The position numbers and the translations under genes were made by a program. Shown piece after piece: positions 9,575 to 21,029 of a stretch of DNA of 64,000 nt. The DNA is from an uncultured Actinomycetota bacterium. Lineage in GTDB: Bacteria; Actinomycetota; Actinomycetes; CAVWCF01. The notes beneath the pieces are model-generated. The model was not told the DNA's origin, did no database searches, and saw only the letters and a list, made by a program, of their open reading frames with translations. Positions within the stretch are counted from its first letter, which is position 1; the number at the start of each line of letters is the position of its first letter. The stretch is from contig CAVWCF010000001.1 in NCBI GenBank assembly GCA_963753435.1, positions 992,001 to 1,056,000 on the forward strand. The letters are read 5' to 3'.

Positions 9575-11209
9575 GTGAGCCAAGTTACGTCGAACGAGGA
9601 ACTGATCGCGCAAGCGCGGGCCTGGGCCGCCGATGACCCCGACCCGCAGACCAGGGCCGAACTGCTGGCCCTGATCGACGCGGAGGACGCTGACGAGCTG
9701 GCCGACCGGTTCAGCGGGATGCTGCAGTTCGGCACAGCGGGGCTGCGCGGCGAACTCGGTGCCGGACCGAACCGAATGAACCGAGTGGTCGTAGCCAAAG
9801 CCGCAGCCGGGCTGGCCGCATACGTACTGGACAACGGCGGCCACGCCGTGGTCATCGGCTACGACGCCCGCCGAAACTCCGACGTCTTCGCCCGCGACAC
9901 CGCGCAAGTCCTCACCGGTGCCGGACTGTCCGCGATGGTGTTGCCGGAGCCGCTGCCGACGCCGGTGCTGGCATTCGCCATCCGGCACTTGGGCTGCGCC
10001 GCGGGCGTCATGGTGACCGCATCTCACAACCCGCCCAACGACAACGGGTACAAGGTCTACGTCGGCGACGGCTCACAGATCGTGCCGCCGACGGACGCCG
10101 ACATCGCCGCGCGCATCGCGGCCGTCGGCGACGTCAGCGCCCTGCCCCGCGGCGACGAATGGGTGACCCTGGGTGACGAGGTGCTGGCCGCCTACCGCGA
10201 ACGCGTGCTCTCGCTGGTGAACCCCGCTGAACCCAAAGACCTGTCCATCACGTACACCCCGATGCACGGCGTCGGCGGCGCGCTGCTGGTGGACGTACTG
10301 CAGCGAGCCGGGTTCGCGGCGCCGGCCGTCGCGACGGAGCAGTTCGCGCCGGACCCGGCGTTCCCGACGGTCGCTTTCCCCAACCCGGAGGAACCCGGGG
10401 CCATGGACCAGGCCATTGCCACGGCCGAGGCCAACGACGCTGACATCATCCTGGCCAACGACCCCGACGCCGACCGGTGTGCCGTGGGCATCCGCGGTGA
10501 GGCCGGCTACCGCATGCTGCGTGGCGATGAGGTCGGAGTGCTGCTGGGCGACTACCTCATCAACAGGGGTGCGCGCGGCACGTTCGCCAACTCGATCGTC
10601 TCCAGTTCGATGCTGGGCCGGATCTGCGCCGCGGCCGGGGTCCAGCACACGGAGACGCTGACCGGGTTCAAGTGGATATCCAAGGTTGAAGATCTCGCCT
10701 ACGGGTACGAAGAGGCGCTGGGGTACTGCGTCGACCCGGACGGGGTGAACGACAAGGACGGGGTCAGCGCCGCACTGCTCATCGCGCAACTGGCGGCCGC
10801 GGAGAAGGCGGCTGGGCGGACCCTGGCGGACACGTTGGACGATCTGTATCGACGTCACGGCCTGCACGCCACCGACCAACTCTCGGTCCGGGTGGAGGAC
10901 TTGTCGCTGATATCCGCGGCCATGCAGCGGCTTCGCACCGATCCGCCGACTCGACTGGGTTTCGGCCCGGTGCTGGGCCTGGACGACCTGAGCCGTGGTG
11001 ATGGCGGGCTTCCCCCCACCGACGGACTGCGCTTCCACCTGGATGGGGGTCGGGTGATCGTGCGGCCATCGGGAACCGAGCCGAAGTTGAAGTGCTACCT
11101 GGAAGTCGTGATCGAGGTGACCGACTCGCTGCAGCAGGCACGCAGCTTGGCAGCCGAACGGCTCGCGGCCCTGCGTGCTGACATCGGCGCAGCAACGGGC
11201 CTGGCCTGA
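9575..11209 (+). CDS. Phospho-sugar mutase (PmmB/PGM2-like; possible phosphopentomutase)
   Basis: FGTAGLRG, TASHNP, DPDADR, GYEEALG, RPSGTEPKLK; GTG start after TACCGT. Confidence 0.92.
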   Translation: MSQVTSNEELIAQARAWAADDPDPQTRAELLALIDAEDADELADRFSGMLQFGTAGLRGELGAGPNRMNRVVVAKAAAGLAAYVLDNGGHAVVIGYDARRNSDVFARDTAQVLTGAGLSAMVLPEPLPTPVLAFAIRHLGCAAGVMVTASHNPPNDNGYKVYVGDGSQIVPPTDADIAARIAAVGDVSALPRGDEWVTLGDEVLAAYRERVLSLVNPAEPKDLSITYTPMHGVGGALLVDVLQRAGFAAPAVATEQFAPDPAFPTVAFPNPEEPGAMDQAIATAEANDADIILANDPDADRCAVGIRGEAGYRMLRGDEVGVLLGDYLINRGARGTFANSIVSSSMLGRICAAAGVQHTETLTGFKWISKVEDLAYGYEEALGYCVDPDGVNDKDGVSAALLIAQLAAAEKAAGRTLADTLDDLYRRHGLHATDQLSVRVEDLSLISAAMQRLRTDPPTRLGFGPVLGLDDLSRGDGGLPPTDGLRFHLDGGRVIVRPSGTEPKLKCYLEVVIEVTDSLQQARSLAAERLAALRADIGAATGLA

Positions 11210-11255
11210 GACTGGCCTGGGCCTGGCCGGTACCGGAACCGGCCACGCCGGGTGC

Positions 11256-12233
11256 ATGACGTCGTACGCTGAACCGGTGAGCGTCGCAACGGACTGGTCT
11301 GGGCGCATCGAAGAGATCACCACAGACGACACCACCTTGCGCCGGTTCCTGCACGGGCTGCCCGGCGTGGACCAGGTGGGGGCCGAGGCGCGCGCAGCCG
11401 ACTTGGCGACGCGGTCCATCAAGACCACGGCGAAGTCGTTCGGCATCGACCTGGCGATCCGCATGGTGGACCTGACCACGTTGGAAGGCCAGGACACCCC
11501 CGGCAAGGTGCGCTCGCTGTGCGCCAAGGCGATCCACCCGGACCCGACCGATCCCAGCGTTCCGGCAGTCGCCGCAGTCTGCGTCTACGGCGACCTGGTG
11601 CCGATCGCCAAGCAGGCGCTAGCCGGCAGTGGCGTGCATGTGGCGGCCGTAGCGACCGCGTTCCCATCCGGCCGCGCCTCGCGAGCGGTGCGACTGGCCG
11701 ACACCGCCGAGGCCGTGGCAGCGGGGGCAGACGAGATCGACATGGTGATCGACCGTGGCGCCTTCCTGTCCGGTCGCTACCTGCAGGTCTTCGAGGACAT
11801 CGTCGCCGTCAAGGCCGCGTGTGGCGACGCCCACCTCAAGGTCATCCTTGAGACCGGGGAACTGGCCACGTACGACAACGTCCGTCGCGCCTCCTGGCTG
11901 GCCATGCTTGCTGGCGCCGACTTCATCAAGACCTCGACCGGCAAGGTGGCACCGGCAGCGACCATGCCGGTGACGCTGGTGATGCTCCAGGCGGTCCGGG
12001 ACTTCCGCATCGCCACTGGTCGGCAAGTGGGCGTCAAACCGGCCGGTGGTATCCGCACCAGCAAGGACGCGCTGCGCTACCTGGTGATCGTCAACGAGAC
12101 GGTCGGCGAAGACTGGCTGGACCCGGCGTGGTTCCGTTTCGGCGCATCGAGCCTGCTCAACGACCTCCTCATGCAACGGCAGAAACTCAAGACCGGGCAC
12201 TACTCCGGCCCCGACTACGTCACGTTGGACTGA
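11256..12233 (+). CDS. deoC: Deoxyribose-phosphate aldolase
   Basis: DLTTLEG, GADEIDMV, LKVILETGEL, ADFIKTSTGK, GVKPAGGI, RFGASSLL. Confidence 0.95.
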   Translation: MTSYAEPVSVATDWSGRIEEITTDDTTLRRFLHGLPGVDQVGAEARAADLATRSIKTTAKSFGIDLAIRMVDLTTLEGQDTPGKVRSLCAKAIHPDPTDPSVPAVAAVCVYGDLVPIAKQALAGSGVHVAAVATAFPSGRASRAVRLADTAEAVAAGADEIDMVIDRGAFLSGRYLQVFEDIVAVKAACGDAHLKVILETGELATYDNVRRASWLAMLAGADFIKTSTGKVAPAATMPVTLVMLQAVRDFRIATGRQVGVKPAGGIRTSKDALRYLVIVNETVGEDWLDPAWFRFGASSLLNDLLMQRQKLKTGHYSGPDYVTLD

Positions 12234-12236
12234 TAC

Positions 12237-13679
12237 ATGACCGCTTTCGAGTACGCACCCGCGCCGGAGAACCGCGCCGTCGTGGACATCCAGCCGTCGT
12301 ACGGCCTGTTCATCAACGGCGAATTCGTGGACGGGTCGTCCGGTCGGGCCTTCAAGACTGTGGACCCGGCCACCGAAGAGGTGCTCGCCGAGGTCACCGA
12401 GGCCGGCGCCGACGACGTCGATGCCGCCGTGCGTGCGGCGCGCACGGCCTACGACAAGGTCTGGTCGCGCATGTCGGGCACAGAACGGGGCAAGTACCTG
12501 TTCCGAATCGCCCGGATCCTGCAGGAGCGGGCCCGTGAGTTCGCCGTCCTGGAGACCTTGGACAACGGCAAGCCGATCAAGGAAAGCCGGGACGTGGACG
12601 TGCCCTTGGCCGCCGCGCACTTCTTCTACCACGCTGGTTGGGCCGACAAACTGGCCTACGCCGGCTTCGGGCCTGACCCCAAGCCGTTGGGCGTGGCCGG
12701 ACAGGTGATCCCGTGGAACTTCCCCCTGCTGATGCTGGCCTGGAAGGTGGCCCCGGCACTGGCCGCCGGAAACACCGTCGTGCTGAAGCCGGCCGAAACC
12801 ACACCCCTGACCGCGCTGCTGTTCGCGGAGGTATGCCAGCAGGCCGACCTGCCTCCCGGCGTGGTGAACATCCTGACCGGAGCCGGCGAAACGGGAGCCG
12901 CGGTGGTCGGGCACCCGGACGTCGACAAGGTGGCGTTCACGGGCTCGACCGAAGTAGGCAAGCGGATCGCCAAGGCGATCGCCGGGTCGAAGAAGAAGGC
13001 CACGCTCGAGCTCGGCGGCAAGGCCGCAAACATCGTCTTTGACGACGCGCCCATCGACCAGTCGATCGAAGGAATCGTTCGCGGGGTCTTCTTCAACCAG
13101 GGGCACGTGTGCTGCGCCGGCACCCGACTGCTGGTTCACGAGCCGGTGGTCGATGCGGTCCTGGAATCACTCAAGCGTCGGCTGGGCACCCTGCGTCTGG
13201 GCGACCCGATGGACAAGAACACCGACATCGGTGCCATCAACTCCAGCGTGCAGTTGGAGCGGATCCGGCAGATGAGCGAGATCGGGGAGGCCGAAGGCGC
13301 GCGCCGGTGGTCGGCACCGTGCGAGTTGCCTGACCGCGGCTACTGGTACCCGCCGACGGTCTTCACGAACGTCTCCCAGAGCCATCGCATCGCCCGCGAG
13401 GAGATCTTCGGGCCGGTACTCAGCGTGCTTACCTTCCGCACCCCGGCAGAGGCACTGGAGAAGGCCAACAACACCCCCTACGGCTTGTCGGCCGGGGTCT
13501 GGACGGATAAGGGCAGCCGGATCCTGTGGATGGCCGAACGGCTGCGGGCCGGCGTCGTCTGGGCGAACACGTTCAACCACTTCGACCCGACCTCACCGTT
13601 CGGCGGGTACAAGGAATCCGGGTACGGACGGGAAGGCGGCCGCCACGGGCTGGCCGCCTACCTGCGGACGGAGTACTGA
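12237..13679 (+). CDS. Aldehyde dehydrogenase, catalytic subunit (ALDH16 N-terminal-like)
   Basis: IPWNFP, KPAETTP, FTGSTEVG, LELGGK, catalytic FNQGHVCCAG, EEIFGPV. Confidence 0.93.
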   Translation: MTAFEYAPAPENRAVVDIQPSYGLFINGEFVDGSSGRAFKTVDPATEEVLAEVTEAGADDVDAAVRAARTAYDKVWSRMSGTERGKYLFRIARILQERAREFAVLETLDNGKPIKESRDVDVPLAAAHFFYHAGWADKLAYAGFGPDPKPLGVAGQVIPWNFPLLMLAWKVAPALAAGNTVVLKPAETTPLTALLFAEVCQQADLPPGVVNILTGAGETGAAVVGHPDVDKVAFTGSTEVGKRIAKAIAGSKKKATLELGGKAANIVFDDAPIDQSIEGIVRGVFFNQGHVCCAGTRLLVHEPVVDAVLESLKRRLGTLRLGDPMDKNTDIGAINSSVQLERIRQMSEIGEAEGARRWSAPCELPDRGYWYPPTVFTNVSQSHRIAREEIFGPVLSVLTFRTPAEALEKANNTPYGLSAGVWTDKGSRILWMAERLRAGVVWANTFNHFDPTSPFGGYKESGYGREGGRHGLAAYLRTEY

Positions 13680-14539
13680 TGGCGCGCGAAGAGATCCGCA
13701 AGACGTACAAGCTCTTCATCGGGGGCAAGTTCCCCCGGTCGGAGTCGGGTCGCTCGTACCTGGTGTCAGACGCCAAAGGCCGTTTCGCGGCCAACGCCGC
13801 GCAAGCGTCGCGCAAGGACGCGCGCGACGCGGTCCAGGCCGCCCGGAAGGCCTTTGCCGGATGGTCGGGCGCCACGGCCTACAACCGCGGCCAAGTGCTG
13901 TACCGCGTTGCTGAGGTCATGGAGGGTCGCCGCGCTCAGTTCGTGGAGGAGGTTGGCGCCACTGAGGGGTTGTCTGCGCGCAAAGCCGCAGCAGTGGTGG
14001 ACACCGCCATCGACCGCTGGGTCTGGTACGCCGGCTGGACCGACAAGTTGGCTCAGGTCGACGGATCGGCGAACCCGGTCGCCGGGCCCTTCTTCAACTT
14101 CTCCGTGCCAGAACCAACCGGTGTCGTGGCCGTGATCGCACCGCAGTCGTCGTCCCTGCTGGGGCTGACCTCGGTGCTGGCACCGGTGCTGGTCCCGGGC
14201 AACACCGCGGTTGTCTTGGCCGCGCAGGACCGACCACTGCCGGCGATCACGCTGGCTGAGGTAATGGCGACCGCCGACGTACCGGCCGGCGTCGTCAACC
14301 TGTTGACGGGCACGACCACCGAGGTTGGCCCCTGGCTGGCGTCGCACTCCGACGTCAACGCCATTGACCTGGCCGGGGCCGGTGAGTCTGCGGCGGAGTG
14401 GGAGGCCGCGGCTGCCGACAACGTCAAGCGCGTTCTTCGGCCTTCCGCCACCGAGCCGGATTGGAACGCCGTTCCATCCACGCAGCGGATGCGTGCGTTC
14501 CTGGAGACGAAGACCGTCTGGCACCCAGTAGGCACTTGA
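13679..14539 (+). CDS. Truncated aldehyde dehydrogenase-like protein lacking the catalytic domain (ALDH16 C-terminal-like)
   Basis: KTYKLFIGGKFPRSESGR, EPTGVV, GVVNLLTG; no ELGGK or catalytic Cys; ends ETKTVWHPVG; TGATG overlap. Confidence 0.88.
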   Translation: MAREEIRKTYKLFIGGKFPRSESGRSYLVSDAKGRFAANAAQASRKDARDAVQAARKAFAGWSGATAYNRGQVLYRVAEVMEGRRAQFVEEVGATEGLSARKAAAVVDTAIDRWVWYAGWTDKLAQVDGSANPVAGPFFNFSVPEPTGVVAVIAPQSSSLLGLTSVLAPVLVPGNTAVVLAAQDRPLPAITLAEVMATADVPAGVVNLLTGTTTEVGPWLASHSDVNAIDLAGAGESAAEWEAAAADNVKRVLRPSATEPDWNAVPSTQRMRAFLETKTVWHPVGT

Positions 14540-14600
14540 TCTGGCCCTTCCCGGCTGTCGGCGGCTCAATGAATCCACCGAAACGGCCGATACGGCACAG

Positions 14601-15005
14601 GTGAGCGAACTCGATCGCGTGATCCGCCCTGCAGCCGTGCTGGACCCCCGCACGGCCGCGTTGGTCGTGTCAATGCTCACGCAGCAGGACGTGGGTGCCG
14701 GAGGGCTGTGGAACGCCAGCTCGACGCTGTGGCAGCGCTACGACCAGCCCTGGAACGGACCCGGCGGGACTCGTGGGGACTCCCACCTTGTGGGCTCCAT
14801 CGCGGTCATGTACGACGCTCCGCACCGGCACGAGATCACCATCTACCGGGTCACCGTCACCGAATCCGGGCAAGCGTTCGGCTGGTCGGTGGAATCGCTG
14901 TGCGACGACGCGCTCACCTGGGCCGGCCTAACGCTGGAGTCCTGCCCCCGGGCGGAACTGGCCACCCCACCGCTGCGCGACCCGTTCCACGTCGCCAGGG
15001 CCTAG
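14601..15005 (+). CDS. Hypothetical protein
   Basis: 134-aa ORF with globular-type composition and GC3-biased codons, fills the gap between genes. Confidence 0.7.
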   Translation: MSELDRVIRPAAVLDPRTAALVVSMLTQQDVGAGGLWNASSTLWQRYDQPWNGPGGTRGDSHLVGSIAVMYDAPHRHEITIYRVTVTESGQAFGWSVESLCDDALTWAGLTLESCPRAELATPPLRDPFHVARA

Positions 15006-15018
15006 CCGCTGCGCCCAG

Positions 15019-15377
15019 TCAGTCCTCGCGATTAGCCAGATCCGGCCCGAACGCCGGAACGCAGATAGCCACGTACTCCGTGTCCCCCGCATCGGCCGGC
15101 ACCGAGTAGCGCACGCGCTCGCCGGCTCGGGACAGGACCGCCTCACCCGCTCCGGCGTCGATGACGCCCCCTTCGTGCTCAACCCGTACCGCCCCGCGGA
15201 GTACCAGCGTGAGTTCATCGAATTCCGGCACCTGGGCCGGCTCGGCCCAACCCGCCGGCGCCCGCATGTGCGCCACGCTGGCGGCCGTATCGTCGGTGCG
15301 CACCCGACCGAACCACTCGTGGATGACCTTGCCGCCCGGCACGGGTACGACGCTCGGTTCCCGCAGGTGTTCGACCA

Positions 15378-15378
<1 letters not shown>
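15019..15378 (-). CDS. Cupin domain protein (EutQ-like)
   Basis: SVAHM..GWAEPAQVPEFDE..VLRG, GERVRYS, EYVAICVPAF; coupled to deoA. Confidence 0.8.
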
Positions 15379-16663
<1,285 letters not shown>

Positions 16664-16667
<4 letters not shown>

Positions 16668-17056
16668 CGGTTCTCCAAGTCGGCCCGGCTGAAGGCGTCG
16701 GGCAGCAAGTCACCCAGCCGCTTGGGCGACTCTGCGGCGTACACGAGCATTTCCTCGCCGCCGTGCTCCAGCAGCAGCTGACGGCACCGGCCGCATGGCA
16801 TCAGCGGACTTCCGGAGCCGTCGACGCAAGCCATTGCGACCAAGCGGCCGCCACCGGAGGCGTGCAGTTGCGAAACCAACCCGCATTCAGCACACAGGCC
16901 CAAGCCGTATGACGCGTTCTCCACATTGCAGCCGGTGACGACCCGGCCGTCATCGGTCAGCCCAGCCGCTCCGACCGGGAACTGCGAGTAAGGCGCATAG
17001 GCGCGCTGCATCGCATCGGTCGCAGCCGCAACAAGCGCCGCGAAGTCCACCGCCAA
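16664..17056 (-). CDS. cdd: Cytidine deaminase
   Basis: AYAPYS.FPVGA, GCNVENASYG..CAE, PCGRCRQ. Confidence 0.96.
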
Positions 17057-18316
17057 CTATTCCTCCCCAGGCCTATATCTGACCCCGTCGGCAGCGGGCA
17101 TGCGAAGGCTCTGACTGGCCAGCGCCAAGACCAGCAATGTGGTCAGGTACGGAGCGATGAACGCCAACTCGTTGGGCACCTGCTCGGCGGTCAGGTACAC
17201 ACCGAGCAGAACCGCGCCGACGATGCCGACCGCCATCGCACCAACGGCCCGGCGCCGGGACAGGAACACGAAGGCCAGGACAATCATCACGATCGCCCCG
17301 AACAAGATGATGGCTCGCACCGTCTCCGACTGCCGCAATTGCTGCGCGTCGACGTAACCGAACAGCGCAGCGCCCGACGCCGCGCCGAACGGTCGCCAGT
17401 TTCCGAACAACATGGCCGCCAGACCGATGAAGCCGCGTCCAGCCGTCTGCCCCTCGCGGTAGATACCGGCCAGCACAATCGTGAGGAACGCCCCGCCGAT
17501 GCCGGCGAGGGCACCGGAGATCGTGACCGCTACGTACTTGTAGGCACGAACCCGCACACCGAGAGACTCCGCCGCCCACGGGTTCTCCCCGCAGGAGCGG
17601 ACTCGCAGTCCGAACGCCGTGCGCCAAAGCACATACCAGGTGATCACGAACAGCGAAACAGCGATGATCGTGATGTACGAAAGCCCGGTGGTGATTCCGC
17701 CCAGGATCCCGGCGACGTCGGAGATGATGAACCAGCCCTGGGATTGCAGGTCCGCCATCCAGTCGGAGAAGCCCGGGATTGTCAGCGTTTCCAGCCGCGG
17801 CTGGACCGGCGGGGACTGTGTTGGACCGCCTCCGGGAACACCGTCGAAGGCAACCGCCGAAAGGAACTGGGTGAGCCCGAGGCCAAGGATGTTGATCGCG
17901 GTACCGGAGATGATGTGGTCCACCGCGAACGTCACGGTCGCGACCGCATGCAGCAGGCCGCCGGCCGCGCCGAAGATCATCCCGACGAGCAGCGCTGCCC
18001 AGGGACCCCACTGGTAGCCGGCCCAACCGGCACCCCAGGTCCCGAGGATGAGCATGCCCTCCAGGCCGATGTTGACCACACCGGAACGCTCCGACCACAA
18101 ACCACCAAGGGCCGCCATCCCGATCGGCACGGCCAGTCCGATCGCCGCGCTGATCGTGCCGACACTGGTCATGTCGTCGGCACCGGTGAACAGGCGGACC
18201 GCACTAAGCAGGGCCAACCCACCGAATGCCATCAGGATCAACCGGTACTGCGCGCTCAGAATGTCGCGCCCGCGTGCAGCCACTGGCGTCGGGGGAACCT
18301 GTGTCGGGGCGCTCAC
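17057..18316 (-). CDS. Nucleoside ABC transporter permease
   Basis: SERSGVVNIGLEG, GLRVRSCGENP, GRGFIGLAAMLFGNW; GTGA overlap with upstream permease. Confidence 0.92.
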   Translation of the reverse strand: MSAPTQVPPTPVAARGRDILSAQYRLILMAFGGLALLSAVRLFTGADDMTSVGTISAAIGLAVPIGMAALGGLWSERSGVVNIGLEGMLILGTWGAGWAGYQWGPWAALLVGMIFGAAGGLLHAVATVTFAVDHIISGTAINILGLGLTQFLSAVAFDGVPGGGPTQSPPVQPRLETLTIPGFSDWMADLQSQGWFIISDVAGILGGITTGLSYITIIAVSLFVITWYVLWRTAFGLRVRSCGENPWAAESLGVRVRAYKYVAVTISGALAGIGGAFLTIVLAGIYREGQTAGRGFIGLAAMLFGNWRPFGAASGAALFGYVDAQQLRQSETVRAIILFGAIVMIVLAFVFLSRRRAVGAMAVGIVGAVLLGVYLTAEQVPNELAFIAPYLTTLLVLALASQSLRMPAADGVRYRPGEE

Positions 18317-19419
18317 GCCGGTGCTCCTTCGGCCTGAGCGGCCTCCAGTTCTCGCGCCACCCGCGTCTGGTCCCGGCGGATCTGGTAGCGCCGGACGAGT
18401 TCGTAGGCGATGACCACGGACAGGACGATGACGCCCTGCATGATCGTGATGACCTCTTTGGCCACGCCCGACAGGTCCAGAATGGTGCGCGAGGTGTCGA
18501 GGAAGGCCCAAAGCAGCGCGGCGAACACGATGCCGATGGGTGAGTTGCGACCCAACAAGGCCACGGCAATCCCGGTGAACCCGATGCCCGCTGGGAAGTC
18601 CAGTGCGTAGGTGTACGAGGCACCCAACAACTGCGGCAGCCCGACGAGCCCAGCGATCGCACCGGACATGACCATGGCGATGAAGATCATCCGCTTGTAG
18701 TCGACACCGCTGGCCACCGCCGCTGACTGGCTCAGGCCGGACGCCTTCAGGTCGTAGCCCAGCCGCGTGCGGTTGAGGAGGAACCAGTAAGCCACCCCCA
18801 CCACGACGGCGACCAGGATGAACCCGTACACCTTGGACTCGGTCCCAGGGAACGGCAGCCCGGGCATCTGCCCCGAAGGCGGGATCGGCGGCGTGCCGAT
18901 GTTGTTGCTGCCGGCGATGCCCACCGCGAGCCGGTCGGTGGACAGGAAGTAGGCAACAACCCCAGTCGCGATGAAGTTCAGCATGATCGTGGAGATGACT
19001 TCGCTAACACCCCGCACGGCCCGGAGCAGGCCGGCGATTCCTGCCCACATGGCGCCGACGAACATGGCGGTCAGAATGGTCAGGCCAATGTGCAGCGGCC
19101 CTGGCAACGCCACGTTGCCGGCCACGACGGCAGAGAAGAACGCAGCCATGCGGTACTGCCCGTCGACACCGATGTTGAAGAGGTTCATCTTGAAGCCGAT
19201 GGCAACCGCGACTGCGGACAGGTAGTACGTGGTCGCTTGATTGAGCGTCAGCGCCAGCGACCGCGGCTGGGTGCCGTAGTCGAACATCGACGAGAAGGTT
19301 TCGAACGGGTTCGCCCCGACGGCGATCAGCACGACCGAAGTCACTATGAACGCCATCACGATGGCCAACGCGGCCGGCGCGAGAGCCAGGACTATCCGGC
19401 GACCACGATCCCCGCCCAT
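18313..19419 (-). CDS. Nucleoside ABC transporter permease
   Basis: LFNIGVDGQY, SEVISTIMLN, GFTGIAVALLGRN. Confidence 0.92.
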   Translation of the reverse strand: MGGDRGRRIVLALAPAALAIVMAFIVTSVVLIAVGANPFETFSSMFDYGTQPRSLALTLNQATTYYLSAVAVAIGFKMNLFNIGVDGQYRMAAFFSAVVAGNVALPGPLHIGLTILTAMFVGAMWAGIAGLLRAVRGVSEVISTIMLNFIATGVVAYFLSTDRLAVGIAGSNNIGTPPIPPSGQMPGLPFPGTESKVYGFILVAVVVGVAYWFLLNRTRLGYDLKASGLSQSAAVASGVDYKRMIFIAMVMSGAIAGLVGLPQLLGASYTYALDFPAGIGFTGIAVALLGRNSPIGIVFAALLWAFLDTSRTILDLSGVAKEVITIMQGVIVLSVVIAYELVRRYQIRRDQTRVARELEAAQAEGAPA

Positions 19420-20951
19420 TACGCGGCCGCTCCCGCACCTGTCATGGCCGACCCCAACTCCTCCGGTGTGACCGTTCTCGGGTCGGCTTCGGCTACGAAG
19501 CGACCGCGCAGAATCACCTTGATCGTGTCCGACATGCCGATCAGCTCATCCAGATCGGCCGAGATCATCAACACGGCCAGGCCCTTTGCGCGAGCCTCAC
19601 GCAACTGGTCCCAAATCGCCGACTGCGCGCCCACGTCCACACCGCGAGTGGGGTGCGCGGCGATGAGCAGCACGGGGTCGCCGCTCATCTCTCGGCCGAC
19701 GATGAACTTCTGCTGGTTCCCGCCGGACAGCGAAGACGCAAAGACCCCGACCCCGGGAGTGCGCACGTCGTATTCGGACACGATGCGCTCGGCCTCCTGC
19801 TTGGCCGCCGTCGGGCTGATGAGCAACTCGCCACCCGCCGGGCGCACCGTCTGATGGCCGAGCATCCGGTTCTCCCAGAGGGTTGCCTCCAGCAGCAATC
19901 CCTGTCGGGCCCGGTCCTCAGGGATCAGTGCAACGCCTTTCTCGCGTCGATGCCGGGTGCTCAGCGAGGTGATGTCCTCACCACCGAGGCTTATCCGGCC
20001 TGCGGTGGGCCGCCGGATACCCATCAGGGCGTCCACGAGCTCGCTCTGGCCGTTGCCTTCGACCCCGGCTATCCCCACGACTTCGCCGGAGTGGATGGTC
20101 ACGTTCAAGTCGGACAGCAGCGAGCGTCCCTCGTCGGTCGTCAACGACAGCCCGCTGACGTCGAGGACAACGCGGTCGGTGACGGTGGAGTCGCGCAGTT
20201 CGGGCACGGGCAGTTCGCTGCCCACCATCAGCTCGGCCAATTCCCGACTGGTCACCTCTGCTGGGTCGACGGTGGCCACGGTGGTGCCACGTCGGATCAC
20301 CGTGATCTGGTCGGCGACCTGCAGGACCTCGTCCAACTTGTGGGAGATGAAGAGAATCGTGTTGCCCTCGGCAACCAGGACGCGCAGAGAGGCGAATAGT
20401 TCGTCCACCTCCTGCGGGACCAGGACGGCGGTGGGCTCGTCGAGAATCAGGATCTTGGCCCCGCGGAACAGGACCTTCATGATCTCCACGCGTTGCCGCA
20501 TGCCAACGCCCAGGTCCTCCACCAGTTGGTCCGGATCTAGGTCCAGTCCGTACTGCTCCGAAACTTCCAGGATCCGCTGTCGGGCGGCTTTGCGATCGAG
20601 GCGAATCCCCTTGCGTGGTTCCGACCCGAGGACGACGTTCTCCAGAACGGTCAGGTTGTCGGCGAGCATGAAGTGCTGATGCACCATGCCCACACCGGCG
20701 TCGATGGCATCACCGGGAGTGTGGAAGGTGACCTCGCTGCCGTTGACCTTGATCAGGCCCGAGTCGGCCTGGTGCATGCCGTACAGCGTCTTCATCAGTG
20801 TCGACTTGCCGGCGCCGTTCTCACCGACCAACGCGTGGATCTCACCTACGCGGACGGCCAGGTTGATATCGGAGTTGGCAATGACCCCGGGAAAGGTCTT
20901 CGTGATGTCGATTAGTTCGACGGCGTAACCGTCGGCAGTTGTCTCGCTGAT
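19419..20951 (-). CDS. Nucleoside ABC transporter ATPase (two NBDs); probable non-canonical ATC start
   Basis: GENGAGKST, LDEPT, LSGGNQQK; conserved N-terminus VELIDITKTFPGVIAN lies upstream of the first TTG (20831); GGGAGG RBS 5 nt before ATC at 20951. Confidence 0.88.
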   Translation of the reverse strand: MSETTADGYAVELIDITKTFPGVIANSDINLAVRVGEIHALVGENGAGKSTLMKTLYGMHQADSGLIKVNGSEVTFHTPGDAIDAGVGMVHQHFMLADNLTVLENVVLGSEPRKGIRLDRKAARQRILEVSEQYGLDLDPDQLVEDLGVGMRQRVEIMKVLFRGAKILILDEPTAVLVPQEVDELFASLRVLVAEGNTILFISHKLDEVLQVADQITVIRRGTTVATVDPAEVTSRELAELMVGSELPVPELRDSTVTDRVVLDVSGLSLTTDEGRSLLSDLNVTIHSGEVVGIAGVEGNGQSELVDALMGIRRPTAGRISLGGEDITSLSTRHRREKGVALIPEDRARQGLLLEATLWENRMLGHQTVRPAGGELLISPTAAKQEAERIVSEYDVRTPGVGVFASSLSGGNQQKFIVGREMSGDPVLLIAAHPTRGVDVGAQSAIWDQLREARAKGLAVLMISADLDELIGMSDTIKVILRGRFVAEADPRTVTPEELGSAMTGAGAAA

Positions 20952-20970
20952 GACGTCCTCCCGAATACGA

Positions 20971-21011
20971 CTCGGACCCGGACCGACGCTAGCGCGCCGA
21001 CCGGGTCCGAG
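20971..21011 (-). terminator. Intercistronic stem-loop between the BMP lipoprotein and ATPase genes
   Basis: Perfect 11-bp arms CTCGGACCCGG / CCGGGTCCGAG with further inner pairing; no U-tract, so probably an mRNA stabiliser or attenuator. Confidence 0.65.
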
Positions 21012-21029
21012 CCCGTTGATTCGCTGGTA

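Noticed and set aside
11197-11245. Repeated GGGCCTGGCC and an 8-bp hairpin between the mutase and deoC
   Set aside because: Short and GC-only with no U-tract; not enough support for a defined element
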